DNA of 64,000 nt from Promethearchaeota archaeon (GCA_019058445.1 JAHPZA010000009.1:1-64000), one strand, 5' to 3'; numbered from the stretch's first letter, positions 1 to 9,729 are shown. Made by a program: numbers and translations. The notes: generated by a model from the letters alone, not told the origin.

Positions 1-22
1 TGATAATATCAAATGAATCCAT
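1..22 (-). CDS. 5' end of a gene running off the window, probably an FAD-dependent oxidoreductase
   Basis: Minus strand reads ATG GAT TCA TTT GAT ATT ATC = MDSFDII, typical of the strand preceding a GxGxxG Rossmann motif; only 7 codons are visible. Confidence 0.35.
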
Positions 23-132
23 ATTTTATCATTTTATCAATTATTCTTAGCTATAAAAAATTATTATGGATTTTTAGTTTTTCATTTAATTTCTATAACT
101 TCACTGCGTCTAATGCTTATTTTTTAAAAAAC

Positions 133-146
133 GAAAGATTTATAAA
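133..146 (+). promoter_or_regulatory. BRE/TATA promoter of hsp20
   Basis: GAAAGATTTATAAA about 100 nt upstream of the ATG; SD-like GAGGTTGA at 233-240. Confidence 0.55.
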
Positions 147-244
147 TGTCAATTGTTTCTAGTAAATTAGTGGTTGACAGTCAAGAAGAGGTTTACAGAT
201 CTATCTTGACACAATCCAAATAATAACAAAACGAGGTTGATACT

Positions 245-859
245 ATGTCAGATGTAAAAGAAGAAAAAAAAGTTGAAGTAAAAGAAGAAGAGCATGTCGA
301 AGCCAAGGAAGAACCTAAAGAAACAGAAATTAAAACAGAAGAAACTCCTGAAGAAGAAAAAGAAACTGATATGACACTAAGCCGCAGATATCATCCTTTA
401 TCGATGTTTAGAAATACAGATCGATTTTTCAGCGACATTAGCAAGTGGTTTGATGATATGTTTTGGAGACCTTCCAGATTCTTTGAATTTGAGCCTTTCA
501 GTCTAAAAGTATTTGATGAAAGTGATTTTTTCCGAACTCCATTGGTAAATGTTACTGAAGATGAAAAAGGTTATCAAATGACTGCTGAATTACCTGGGTT
601 AGAAAAAGGTGATTTAGAGATAACAATTCACGATGGTACTTTAGAAATTAAAGGCGAGAGAAAAGAAGAGCACGAAGAAAAGAAAGATGGATATGTTAGA
701 AAAGAATACAGTAGCTCCAGTTATTATAGAAGCTTTAAATTACCTGAGAATGTTGATGAAGAGAAAATCGATGCTACTTTAGATAAGGGAATGTTGAAAT
801 TGGACATGCCAAAAAAAGAACTCAAAGAGAAAGAGAGCAAAAAAATAGAAGTTAAATAA
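245..859 (+). CDS. hsp20: Small heat shock protein (Hsp20/alpha-crystallin) with acidic N-terminal extension
   Basis: AELPGLEKGDLEI...GERKEE...YRSFKLPENVD...A.LDKGMLKL.MPK and C-terminal IEV motif. Confidence 0.95.
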   Translation: MSDVKEEKKVEVKEEEHVEAKEEPKETEIKTEETPEEEKETDMTLSRRYHPLSMFRNTDRFFSDISKWFDDMFWRPSRFFEFEPFSLKVFDESDFFRTPLVNVTEDEKGYQMTAELPGLEKGDLEITIHDGTLEIKGERKEEHEEKKDGYVRKEYSSSSYYRSFKLPENVDEEKIDATLDKGMLKLDMPKKELKEKESKKIEVK

Positions 860-906
860 TCTTTTTTGTTTAATTAATCTTTTTTTTGTTCAATTTTGTT
901 TTTTAT
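860..906 (+). terminator. Oligo-T archaeal terminator region
   Basis: Repeated T tracts directly after the hsp20 stop. Confidence 0.5.
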
Positions 907-988
907 TCATAGAACAATATTTAAAAGAAAGTTTTTTTATATTCTTTTTATAATTTAGTTATCAACTATAAAAATTTTTTTAGCGTTT

Positions 989-1369
989 ATGTTACAGCAC
1001 CTAGATGACTTTTGGATTCTTAAGGACTCCGGGATAGTTCTTTATCATTACCAATCTTATGAGGTAGTTGATAAAAATCTATTTGGTGCTATTACTATAG
1101 CATTAAATTCATATGCTGATATACTTTCTAAAGGGGGGTTAACTTCTTTTCAATTTATTACAAAAATGTTTACATTTATAAAGAAGCGAGATATTATTTT
1201 CGTCGGGAAGTCATCCGTAAAAGCGAAAGAGAAACATGTTAAACAAGAACTAAACCAAATATCAGATATATTTTTCAAGCATTATTCTGAAGATTTCTTA
1301 AATCAATGGAAGGGGAATATTGCAGTTTTTTCAGATTTTAAAGAAGTATTAGCAATTTCCTATCAGTAA
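989..1369 (+). CDS. Longin-like small protein
   Basis: FWILKDSGIVLY start, LFGAITIALNSYA helix, C-terminal F..HY...W.G....F.DF pattern typical of Asgard longin-like proteins. Confidence 0.7.
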   Translation: MLQHLDDFWILKDSGIVLYHYQSYEVVDKNLFGAITIALNSYADILSKGGLTSFQFITKMFTFIKKRDIIFVGKSSVKAKEKHVKQELNQISDIFFKHYSEDFLNQWKGNIAVFSDFKEVLAISYQ

Positions 1370-1376
1370 GGTCTTT

Positions 1377-1814
1377 TTAAAAAGATTTTAAAAATTTTGA
1401 CAAACTATCCGCAGGTTCAGATATTATTTCATTTAATTCTGCTTCAAAAGAACGCATAATTTCTTTTTTCATTTCTTCACTAGAAGCAAGGTGACCTATA
1501 AATTTATCGATAAAGAGATTTTTAATTTGATTTAGTATGCCAAACATTTTTTTATTTTTTGCATCAGATTCGCATTTTATGGCGAATAAATTATGAGAAA
1601 GTTTATCCATTGACGTTAAGATTTTAGCGTCACTTAATTCGATGACTCTTGTTTCTTCTTCTCCAAATTCTCTTGCAAAGGCTTGTAAGGCTGTGACAAA
1701 ATCAGATAATAAAGCATGATTCGCGTTGCCTGAACCCTGAAAATAATTCTCACGAATAAAGATTGGATTACTTTTCTCATCAATTATATAGATGCACAAT
1801 ATTTCTTTTATCAT
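1377..1814 (-). CDS. Longin-like small protein, downstream of the GTPase
   Basis: IYIIDEKSNPIF, LLSDFVTALQAFAREFG, LNQIKNLFIDKF. Confidence 0.7.
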   Translation of the reverse strand: MIKEILCIYIIDEKSNPIFIRENYFQGSGNANHALLSDFVTALQAFAREFGEEETRVIELSDAKILTSMDKLSHNLFAIKCESDAKNKKMFGILNQIKNLFIDKFIGHLASSEEMKKEIMRSFEAELNEIISEPADSLSKFLKSF

Positions 1815-1850
1815 GAGAATAATCTTTCCTTATCAGAATTTTAAGAGAAT

Positions 1851-2399
1851 TTAAAATAAACTTTTTTCAAAGATCGTATATATTGTCGTTTTAAAAAAAC
1901 TATAATTAAAATTATCAGGGATAATAGTTTTAATCTTATCAACTAATTCTGAGTTAACGATTTGGTAAATGTCCTTGAATTCCTCTTTCTTTATTAAATT
2001 AGGATCGTATTTATGTAAAAATACGGAAATTTCAATAAATTGTTCGTCTTTCTGAAGGAAATTTATTAAATCTTGTAAATATTCAAGCGCAACACCATAT
2101 CTTTTTTTATCTTGAACATCAATTACGTAAAGGATTTTAGTAGTCTGCTTTGCATATTTACTAAAATCTTTTAAATAACCTTTACGGTATTGAGCTTGCC
2201 CTCCAAGGTCCCAACACACTAATTTTTGCTCATCAGAATCAAATTCTTCCACAACTAATCCCTTTGTAGGTTTTAGGGAAATATAAGATAATAAATTAGC
2301 ATTCTCTCTTAGACTTAATAAAATTGAGGTTTTACCGCTATTATCTAATCCCATTATTAAGATCTTTTTAGGTTTACTGTGATTTGTAAAGTCGTTCAT
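1851..2399 (-). CDS. Small GTPase, Rag/Arf-like
   Basis: G1 GLDNSGKTS, G2 PTKG, G3 WDLGGQ, G4 HKYD, G5 TTI. Confidence 0.92.
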   Translation of the reverse strand: MNDFTNHSKPKKILIMGLDNSGKTSILLSLRENANLLSYISLKPTKGLVVEEFDSDEQKLVCWDLGGQAQYRKGYLKDFSKYAKQTTKILYVIDVQDKKRYGVALEYLQDLINFLQKDEQFIEISVFLHKYDPNLIKKEEFKDIYQIVNSELVDKIKTIIPDNFNYSFFKTTIYTIFEKSLF

Positions 2400-2594
2400 G
2401 ATTGACCATTCTTAATTTTTATTATCTTTATTAAAAACATATGATAATAACTTAAAGAGCAATTATCTTTTTAAATTTAAGTTAATACTTAGTTTTTAAA
2501 CATTTTTAAATTGGATTCGAAACTAACAATCGAATAATCAGCTTGTTTTTAAAAAATACAAGAATAAAAATTTAAATATTTAATCAATATTATT

Positions 2595-2630
2595 ACTGAC
2601 CTTACAAATATAACTAACCTTACAAATATA
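2595..2630 (+). repeat. 18-bp tandem direct repeat (2 copies, 1 mismatch)
   Basis: ACTGACCTTACAAATATA / ACTAACCTTACAAATATA. Confidence 0.85.
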
Positions 2631-2675
2631 AATAGAGCTTTTTTAAAACACAAAAAATTATTCCCCATGTAGATT

Positions 2676-5570
2676 ATGTCAGAAGATTCGAAAAAGAAGC
2701 AGGAATACATAGAGTTAATAATTTTTCTATTAATTTTACTTGGTACGTATTTAACGAGTTTTTATAGTTATCTTCTTTTTCATACCATCGCAGAATTATT
2801 TAGTATTATTGTCGCGGGAGGAATTTTTGTAATTTGTTGGAACTCTCGAAAAAATATCGATAATTCTTTCTTTTTAGTAGTTGGGATCTCGTTTTTGTTT
2901 ATTAGTGTGATTGACTTAATCCATACTTTATCTTATACTGGACTGAATATTTTTGTTGGTTATGATTCCAATCTCCCATCTTCATTATGGATTGCTGCAC
3001 GTTATCTGCAGGCTTTTTCTTATTTATATGGTACATTAATGATTAAAAAAAAACTAAAAACGTCCTATTTACTTGTAGGTTATACCTTGATCACAATTTT
3101 ATTGTTATTTAGCATTTTTACGGGAATATTTCCTATTTGTTACATCGAAGGATCGGGTTTAACACCTTTTAAGATTATAAGTGAATATGTAATTAATTTG
3201 ATCTTAATTAGTACTATCCTTCTAATGTACAACTTTCGAAATGAGTTTAATAAGAAAATATTAACCTTAATAATTGCCTCGATTTTAGCGACCGTAATTT
3301 CGGAATTAGCATTCACTTTTTATGTTAATGTTTATGGCTTGTCAAACTTAATCGGTCATATTTTTAAAATTATAGCTTTCTACTTTCTATATAAGGCTAT
3401 AATCGAAATTGGTTTAGAAAATCCCTATAATCTACTTTTTAGGAAATTGAAAAAATCTGAAGAAAGATATTTTAAATTATTTGAATCTTCACCTGTGGGG
3501 ATTGGTATTGCAGATATTAATGGTAAAGTAAGGGCCATCAACAAAAAAATGCGTGAAATAACTGGTTATACTTTAGAAGAATTTAAAACTATAAATCTAG
3601 CATCTACTTATGAAGATCCACAATTAAGAGAAGAATTTTTAATTCAGTTGGTCAAAACAGGTAAAATAAATAATTTTGAAGCAAAATTTAAAAAAAAAAA
3701 TGGTCAGCGATATTATGCTCTGTTAAATGCAGAATTGATTAATATTGAAGATGAAAAATTAATTATAACTAATGTTCAAGATATAACTGATAAAAAGCAA
3801 TTCGAGTTAGCGTTAGCTGAGAGCGAAGAAAAATTCCGAACAATTGCTGAGCAATCTTCTTTAGGAATAGTAATTCTACAAGATGGAATTTTTAAATATT
3901 CAAATAAAGGATTATCTGATATTACAGGATATTCCAAGGATGAGATTAGAAAATGGTCTCAAAATGAATTTACTAAGAAAATACATCCCGATGACCTGCC
4001 TACTGTTATTGAGAATTATCAGAAAAAAATTAGAGGAGAGATGAGTTTATCGTCGAGTTACACATGTAGAATCATAACAAAATCAGAAAAAATTAAGTGG
4101 ATTGAGATAAGATCAATAGCGATCCAATATCTTGGAAGGCTAGCCGATCTTGCCACATTTATAGATATAACCGAACAAAAAGAAGCTGAAAGAAGAATAC
4201 AAGAGGCTGAATTACGTTATCGAACCACCTTTGAGCAATCTCCCGATGGAATTATGATATTAGATCCTCAAACAAAGAGAGCGATCGAGTTTAACAATTC
4301 TATGTGTAGGCTATTAGGTTATTCACACGAAGAGTTTGCAAAACTCCAAATCAATGATTATGATGTGCAGGAAAAGCCTGAAGAGACGAAAACACATATA
4401 CAGATTATTCTAAGAGATGGAAGAGATGATTTTGAGACTAAATTTCAGACTAAGAGCGGAGAGATTAAGGATGTGTCATTAATCTGTAAAACGATTGAAT
4501 TATCAGAAAAGATATATTTTCAGGTAATTTGCCGTGATATTACCGAAAAAAAGAAAGCAGAAGAGAAGATTGCAAATTTAGCTAAATTTCCTTCTGAGAA
4601 TCCTTTACCAGTCTTAAGGGTAAATAATAAGAGTATAATTTACAGCAACCAAGTTGGAGAATTAATTTTTGATATTACTAAAGGGAGCCCACTTCCTCTT
4701 AACTTAAAAGATGATATTATAGATGTAATAACGAATAGAAAACTAAAAACAATAGAAAGAGAAATCAATAAAAAATTTTATTCCTTTGTGATAACTCCAG
4801 TTGAAGGAGTAGATTATGTGAATATTTACGGTATGGATATTACAGATCGTAAACAGGCTGAGCAAAGATTAGAACGCTTAGTTTCTACAGTATCACACGA
4901 ATTAAGAACGCCTATTACCGTTATATTAATGTCTTTAGATTATTTAAAAAACCATCAAGACAACATAACTCCAGAGTTGGAAGCTCGATTAATGGATGGA
5001 GTTTCCAGAAACACTTCATTACTTCACAAATTAGCCGAAGATATTCTTATGGTCTCAAGAATTGATGATCATCGATTAGAGCTTGAATTGGCAGAGTATA
5101 GCCCATTAGAAATAATAAATGAGGTCTTAACTCTCTTGGAACAGAAAGGTAAAGAAAAAAGTATTAATTTTGATATTAATATAGATGAGAATATTCAATT
5201 GTTAGGTGATCCAAAACGTATTGACCAAATTTTTCGTATACTCATTGATAATGCGATAAAATATTCGGTTTTAGATTCCAAGATTGAAATTAGTGCGATT
5301 AACAATTACATAGGAAAATATAGTTGCAATGGAAAAAAAGGAGTACTTTTTCAGTTCAAAGATAATGGAATGGGGATCCCCGAAAAAGATATTCCTCATT
5401 TATTTGAAAGATTCTTTAGGTCTGAACACGTAAAAGAAATTAGCGGAACGGGTTTGGGACTATCAATTGCTAGAGAATTGGCACACCTTCATGATGGTGA
5501 GATATTTGTCGAGAGTGAGTTTGAAAAAGGATCAACTTTTTATGTGTTTCTTCCTAAAATTGAAGGATAA
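2676..5570 (+). CDS. Sensor histidine kinase: MASE3-type membrane domain, 3-4 PAS domains, HisKA, HATPase
   Basis: YLLFHTIAELFSI MASE3 start; repeated DIT..K.AE PAS ends; SHELRTP H-box; NAIKY, DNGMGI, GTGLGL. Confidence 0.95.
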   Translation: MSEDSKKKQEYIELIIFLLILLGTYLTSFYSYLLFHTIAELFSIIVAGGIFVICWNSRKNIDNSFFLVVGISFLFISVIDLIHTLSYTGLNIFVGYDSNLPSSLWIAARYLQAFSYLYGTLMIKKKLKTSYLLVGYTLITILLLFSIFTGIFPICYIEGSGLTPFKIISEYVINLILISTILLMYNFRNEFNKKILTLIIASILATVISELAFTFYVNVYGLSNLIGHIFKIIAFYFLYKAIIEIGLENPYNLLFRKLKKSEERYFKLFESSPVGIGIADINGKVRAINKKMREITGYTLEEFKTINLASTYEDPQLREEFLIQLVKTGKINNFEAKFKKKNGQRYYALLNAELINIEDEKLIITNVQDITDKKQFELALAESEEKFRTIAEQSSLGIVILQDGIFKYSNKGLSDITGYSKDEIRKWSQNEFTKKIHPDDLPTVIENYQKKIRGEMSLSSSYTCRIITKSEKIKWIEIRSIAIQYLGRLADLATFIDITEQKEAERRIQEAELRYRTTFEQSPDGIMILDPQTKRAIEFNNSMCRLLGYSHEEFAKLQINDYDVQEKPEETKTHIQIILRDGRDDFETKFQTKSGEIKDVSLICKTIELSEKIYFQVICRDITEKKKAEEKIANLAKFPSENPLPVLRVNNKSIIYSNQVGELIFDITKGSPLPLNLKDDIIDVITNRKLKTIEREINKKFYSFVITPVEGVDYVNIYGMDITDRKQAEQRLERLVSTVSHELRTPITVILMSLDYLKNHQDNITPELEARLMDGVSRNTSLLHKLAEDILMVSRIDDHRLELELAEYSPLEIINEVLTLLEQKGKEKSINFDINIDENIQLLGDPKRIDQIFRILIDNAIKYSVLDSKIEISAINNYIGKYSCNGKKGVLFQFKDNGMGIPEKDIPHLFERFFRSEHVKEISGTGLGLSIARELAHLHDGEIFVESEFEKGSTFYVFLPKIEG

Positions 5571-5641
5571 TTTTAAAAAAAATTATAAAAATCCTTAGAA
5601 CAATTATTAATTAATATAAAGAGAAATGCGAAAAATTTAGC

Positions 5642-6529
5642 TTGAAGCCACTTATTCTTGTTGTAGAAGATAATGCGGACATTTTGTTTAGTATTAAGTT
5701 AATTTTAGAAGCCAATGGTTTTCAAGTAACTACGGCAGATAATGGAGAGAAGGCTCTAAAAGTCCTAAACGAACTTAAAACAATTCCAGAAGTCATCATC
5801 AGCGATATTTTGATGCCAAAAATGAATGGGTATGATTTTTTTAAGGCTATTTTTGAAGATATCCGTTGGAATAGAATACCTTTCATATTTCTTACAGCTC
5901 GCTCATCACCAGAAGAAATTCGATTTGGCAAAATGTTGGGTGTTGATGATTACATTACTAAACCTTTTAATGAAGAAGATTTAATTGCAGCTGTAGCTGG
6001 CAAAATAGCACGAAATAAAAAAATTAAATCAATTAATCAGAAAGTTGAAGAGATGCTTTTATCATTAAAAATAGAAAGTAAGGCATCAATTTCTGAGAAA
6101 GAAAAAAGCCTGGTTCATCTGTTGATTGTTGTGTGGGATGACAGATTAGGTCCTGAACTAAAAGATTATTATCCAAAACAAGATTATCTGCCAATCCCGA
6201 TTAAAGATATAGGAACCCAACTATTTCAAGCTACAGTTTCGATTTATGGAAATGAAGATATAACTGAGTCAGAAGGACTCTTGTTAAATATCGAAAATAT
6301 CAAAAAATATGGATATATTCTTTTCGATGCTTTTCAAGATAAAACCTCAAGAGGAGGAGAAAGACAATTTATGATTGCAGTTATTGCTCCCAAAATAAAT
6401 TATATTGAATCATTTGAAATTAAAAAAGTATTTAAAACTATTTCACTTAAATTAAAGAAGAATGAAAAATGGGATATTGAAGCAAGTTGGGAGGAAATTT
6501 TAGAGATATTATCGACGCCTACTCTTTAA
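5642..6529 (+). CDS. Response regulator receiver fused to a uDENN/longin-like domain
   Basis: VVEDN, ISDILMPKMNG, FLTA, YITKPF; C-terminal LLIVVWDDRLGP...D..SRGGERQFMI. Confidence 0.9.
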   Translation: MKPLILVVEDNADILFSIKLILEANGFQVTTADNGEKALKVLNELKTIPEVIISDILMPKMNGYDFFKAIFEDIRWNRIPFIFLTARSSPEEIRFGKMLGVDDYITKPFNEEDLIAAVAGKIARNKKIKSINQKVEEMLLSLKIESKASISEKEKSLVHLLIVVWDDRLGPELKDYYPKQDYLPIPIKDIGTQLFQATVSIYGNEDITESEGLLLNIENIKKYGYILFDAFQDKTSRGGERQFMIAVIAPKINYIESFEIKKVFKTISLKLKKNEKWDIEASWEEILEILSTPTL

Positions 6530-6544
6530 TCTTTAAGTTTTTGA

Positions 6545-6605
6545 TCAGTTTTTTTGCTTTTCTCCTGGAATATTACAAAATACGAGTCCAGGAATAAAAA
6601 ACTGA
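6545..6605. terminator. Long stem-loop downstream of the response regulator
   Basis: TCAGTTTTTT/AAAAAACTGA and TCCTGGA/TCCAGGA nested inverted repeats. Confidence 0.5.
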
Positions 6606-6755
6606 AGTGGCTTATGGTTTTTTAATCTTTAATATTATACTAGCTAATAGAGCTTTGTATTGAATTAATTCTTTCTTAGATGGAATTATTTCTAGAATAT
6701 TTATTTTAATTTTTTGAACTATTTTGATCAATTTTAATTAAATACTTCTTAATCT

Positions 6756-6770
6756 TGAAACTTTATAATA
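6756..6770 (+). promoter_or_regulatory. BRE/TATA-like promoter of the GH38 gene
   Basis: TGAAACTTTATAATA about 100 nt upstream of ATG 6872. Confidence 0.5.
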
Positions 6771-6871
6771 AGACGAAAGATTAAAAAATATTGAGAATGA
6801 GAATATATAATTTTATAAGTTCAGTTATTAATTAATCTGTATTAGAAATTAAATTATAAGGATGAAAATAT

Positions 6872-9697
6872 ATGGTAAAGGCAAATAAGATTATATTAGT
6901 GCCTGAAACACATTGGGACCGTGAAACTTTATAATATTGAGATGTAAAGCACGAATGGTATCTTACCTTTAACGAGTTTCGGGCCTACCTTGTAATAATG
7001 ATGGATAAATTGTTAGAAATTCTTAAAAAAGACCCCAGTTTTAATAATTTCACACTTGATGGACAAGTCATACCATTAGAAGACTATCTGGAAGTAAGAC
7101 CTAAAGAGAGAGAAATTATTGAAAAATTTGTTAAAGAAGATCGGCTTTCGATTGGTCCTATGTATGTATTACCAGATGAGTTCTTAGTTAGTGGAGAATC
7201 ACTTATTCGTAATTTATTGCTTGGCCACATAATTGGCAGGAGATTTGGGAAAGTTATGAAAGCAGGATATATCCCAGATCCTTTTGGACACATCGCACAA
7301 CTACCCCAAATATTGCAGGGATGTGAGATTCCATCCATGTTATTTATGAGAGGTTTTGGTAATGAATTCGAGGAAAACAACTTAAACATGGAGTTTATAT
7401 GGAACGCACCTGGAAATAGCGCATCAATTTTGACTATCCATTTACTTTACGGATATTCCTCTGCGGCAAATCTTAATACTATAATTACTGATGGCAAATA
7501 TCAATCAGCACTGAAAAAACTTAAAAAAGCAGTAAAAAAATTAGAAAAGTATACCGCAACAGATATTGTCTTATTAAATAATGGTTCGGATCATTTATTT
7601 GCACAACCTGAAGTTCCGGAAATAGTAAAGCAATGGAATGAAGCCTATCCTGATAGTCTCATGGAGATAAATGATTTTGAACATTATGTAAATTTGGTTT
7701 CCTCAGCGAATCCTAAATTAAAAAGTTTTAAAGGAGAACTCAGAGGGGGAAAATATCATCCGCTCTTATCGGGAGTTTTTTCTGCAAGAATGTGGATAAA
7801 GCAAAAGAATACAGAAATCGAATATTTGTATGAGAAATATGCAGAACCCCTATCTACTATTACTTGGGTGCTAGATAAGTATAATAAATTCAGTTACCCA
7901 AACGCATTTCTCTGGACAGGGTTGAAGTGGCTACTTAAAAATCATCCTCATGACTCGATATGCGGATGTAGTATCGATGAGGTTCATGAAGAAATGAAAA
8001 CAAGGTTTCAGTGGGCTGAACAAATTGCAAATGAAATTACAAAGAATTCTTCCATATATCTATCTGATTTAATTAAATTTCAGACAGAAAATGATGAAAA
8101 AATCCCGATAATAATTTACAATCCAATGCCGTGGAAGAGGAAAGATATTTCATATTTTGAAGTTAGTGTTCTTGCAAATAAAGATCCTAATGAAATTCAG
8201 AGTGAATTGTCAATTATCGATTATGAGGGTAAAAATATAGACTATCAGATTTTTAAGATAAAAGAGAAACCAAGGCTTTGGATTGAGCCAAATGCTTCAT
8301 ATCGAATTACATTTATAGCCAATGTTCCAGCATGTGGATATAAAGTGTATTATGTATTGTATAATAAACTTGATGAGACGCTTAAACCTCAAAAAAAACT
8401 TGATCTAAGCAAAAAGAGTATTGAAAACGAATATTATAAAGTGACCGTTAAAAATAATGGTCAAATTGACTTATTAGATAAAAAAAGCGAGATTTTATAT
8501 GAAAATATATTACAATTTGAAGATGTAGGAGATTGGGGTGATGAATACGACTATTCAGGTCCTAAAAAGGGGGCGATGGACAAAAAATATACTTTACAAG
8601 ATGCAACTAACCTCAAAACAAGCTTAAAAATAGACGGGCCCTCTCAAAAAACATTGAAGTTTAGTATGATACTAAACTTACCAAACTCATTAGCGAAGGA
8701 TAGAATGAAACGAGAAGAACTATTAACCCCAAATAAAATAAGCGTCTATATCACTGTATATAAAGAAATTAATCGTTTAGATTTTAAAATAAAGGTTGAT
8801 AACCAAAGCAAAGATCATAGAATTAGGGCTATCTTTTCATCTAAAGTAAGGAGTGAAAAGGTATATGCAGATGGTCATTTTTATGTGATTCCAAGAAATA
8901 TAGAATTACCTAAGAGTCGCGGATGGGCTCAAAAAGCACTCCCTACGAACCATCAAAAGGATTTTGTATGCGCTCAGGATGATGCTAATTGTTTTGCTAT
9001 ATTCAATAAAGGATTGCCGGAGTATGAGGCTATTAAAAATAATAATGACACAATTAAGCTGGCGGTTACCTTATTAAGATGTGTTGAATGGCTTTCACGT
9101 GGAGATCTTGCAACAAGGACGGGTATGAGAAGTGCAATAGCCGGACCTCCTCTACATACCCCTAAAGCACAATGTCTTGGAAAATATGAGTTTGATTTAT
9201 CATTATGTATAAAAAATCATAAAAAAGATTTCTTAGATGCTGGAATTCCCAAAATTGGGAAAGAATTTAATAATCCTCTCTTGACAATCATACCAGGTAG
9301 TCTTAAGATTATTATAAGACAAAATGATAAATTGCTTTTATCTCCTTCTTCTATTTTTCAGATATTTACAAATATAACTCCGAAAGAATTTGAACCATAT
9401 TTACCTGAAAGTATGAGCTTTTTGGAGATCGATAATAAAAATATTATCTTAAGCGCTTTAAAGAAAGCAGAGAAAGGAAATTCTTTAATAATCCGTATTT
9501 ATAATTTAGCTACGACATCTCAAAAAGTAAAATTACAATTTTTTAAGAATTTTGCCTTGAAACAAGCTGAATTTGTTAATTTATTAGAGGAGAAACCAAA
9601 AAGTGTAATAAAAGCGAAGATAACTGAGATTAATAAGAACTTTGTCAAAATTGAAATAGAAGCTCATGTAATTGCTACAATTAAAATAGAATTATGA
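6872..9697 (+). CDS. GH38 alpha-mannosidase (mannosylglycerate hydrolase-like); predicted exons 6872-6925 and 6956-9697, 931 aa spliced
   Basis: Spliced N-terminus MVKANKIILVPETHWDRE|WYLTFNEFRAYLV; FTLDGQ, GESLIRN, GYIPDPFGH, NGSDH, HPHDSICGCS. The ORF-track start at 6998 lacks the HWD metal ligands. Confidence 0.92.
6926..6955 (+). other. Candidate 30-nt bulge-helix-bulge mRNA intron
   Basis: In-frame TAA and TGA; 4-bp helix CGUG/CACG, 3-nt bulges AAA and AAU, 7-bp intron stem; removal restores HWDREWY. Confidence 0.82.
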
Positions 9698-9729
9698 AAA
9701 TTTGAAAGAATATAATCGAAAATATAAAA

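Noticed and set aside
1815-1850. Readthrough fusion of the GTPase and longin gene (36-nt in-frame spacer)
   Set aside because: The spacer contains further in-frame TGA and TAA stops
6932-6940. Selenocysteine or stop readthrough as an explanation for the GH38 interruption
   Set aside because: There are two different stops (TAA and TGA), and readthrough would insert 10 residues into an invariant motif
6998-7000. ORF-track start of the GH38 gene
   Set aside because: It omits the conserved HWDREWY motif, which is encoded in frame upstream
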